Below are positions 63,551-64,000 of a stretch of 64,000 nucleotides of DNA, one piece after another. Under the pieces are notes generated by a model, which searched no databases, was not told the origin of the DNA, and was given only the letters and a program-made list of their open reading frames with translations. The stretch is from Camelus ferus (lineage: Eukaryota): the NCBI RefSeq assembly GCF_009834535.1, contig NC_045697.1, positions 42,286,001 through 42,350,000 of the forward strand. Direction: 5' to 3'. The translations under genes were made by a program, and so were the position numbers. How positions within the stretch are numbered: position 1 is the stretch's first letter; each line of letters starts with the position of its first letter.

Positions 63551-64000
63551 ACACCCTTCACTGAGAAAGGGAATACACAACAGGAGAAGCAAGTTTGGGG
63601 AACAGGAGACAATGTAGTCTTTTTAGAGAAATTGAAATTTATGTGTCTGTGAGACAAGGTGAACTTGTCTACAGTGCTGTCGGGGCCTGTACAGAGGCAA
63701 AACTGAAACAACGGAAGGCATACCTCCACAGTACCAAGTACTCTGGATTCCCATGAAAAACAGCTTCGGTGAAGACTGACTTACAAGATTGCAAACCACA
63801 CAAGAAAATAAAACACTTAGAATGAGTCACCAAAGCAATGGGGGAATGTGCACACCAAAGCTGAATATAGTCATCTGCAAAAGACAGAAACAGAAGCCAC
63901 GAGGTATGAACAGAAGAGTAGGAAAAACAGTAGATTTGAAAAACATTTTTTTATGCTAGAAGTGAAAAATAGAGTCACTAAAATCAATAATGCAATGGGT

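Noticed and set aside
1..64000. Prokaryotic-type systems (CRISPR arrays, operons, rRNA)
   Set aside because: The sequence is mammalian and repeat-rich. No repeat-spacer array, rRNA or long ORF was seen.

Overview
AT-rich mammalian non-coding DNA, most likely camelid: it has vic-1-type tRNA-derived SINEs and young L1 3' ends, and I saw no BovB, Alu or PRE1. I found no intact protein-coding gene. The window is mostly layered repeats: L1 of several ages, L2, MIR, MLT1/MLT2/ERVL LTRs, Tigger1 and MER115/Zaphod. Three things stand out. (1) At ~25.9-27.1 kb on the minus strand is a decayed ORF whose frameshifted translation follows, block by block, the C-terminal ~300 aa of the bornavirus L polymerase. 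It is a candidate endogenous bornavirus-like L element (EBLL), with a displaced duplicate of one segment at its 5' end and a possible target-site duplication (TSD). (2) At ~9.7-11.6 kb is a near-complete fossil FLYWCH-MULE (Mutator/Phantom-like) transposase with a repetitive end. (3) At 24.2 kb is a tailless retrocopy of the 5' half of tRNA-Lys(CTT). Family names and viral alignments come from my recall of consensus and protein sequences, not from a search, and need database confirmation.
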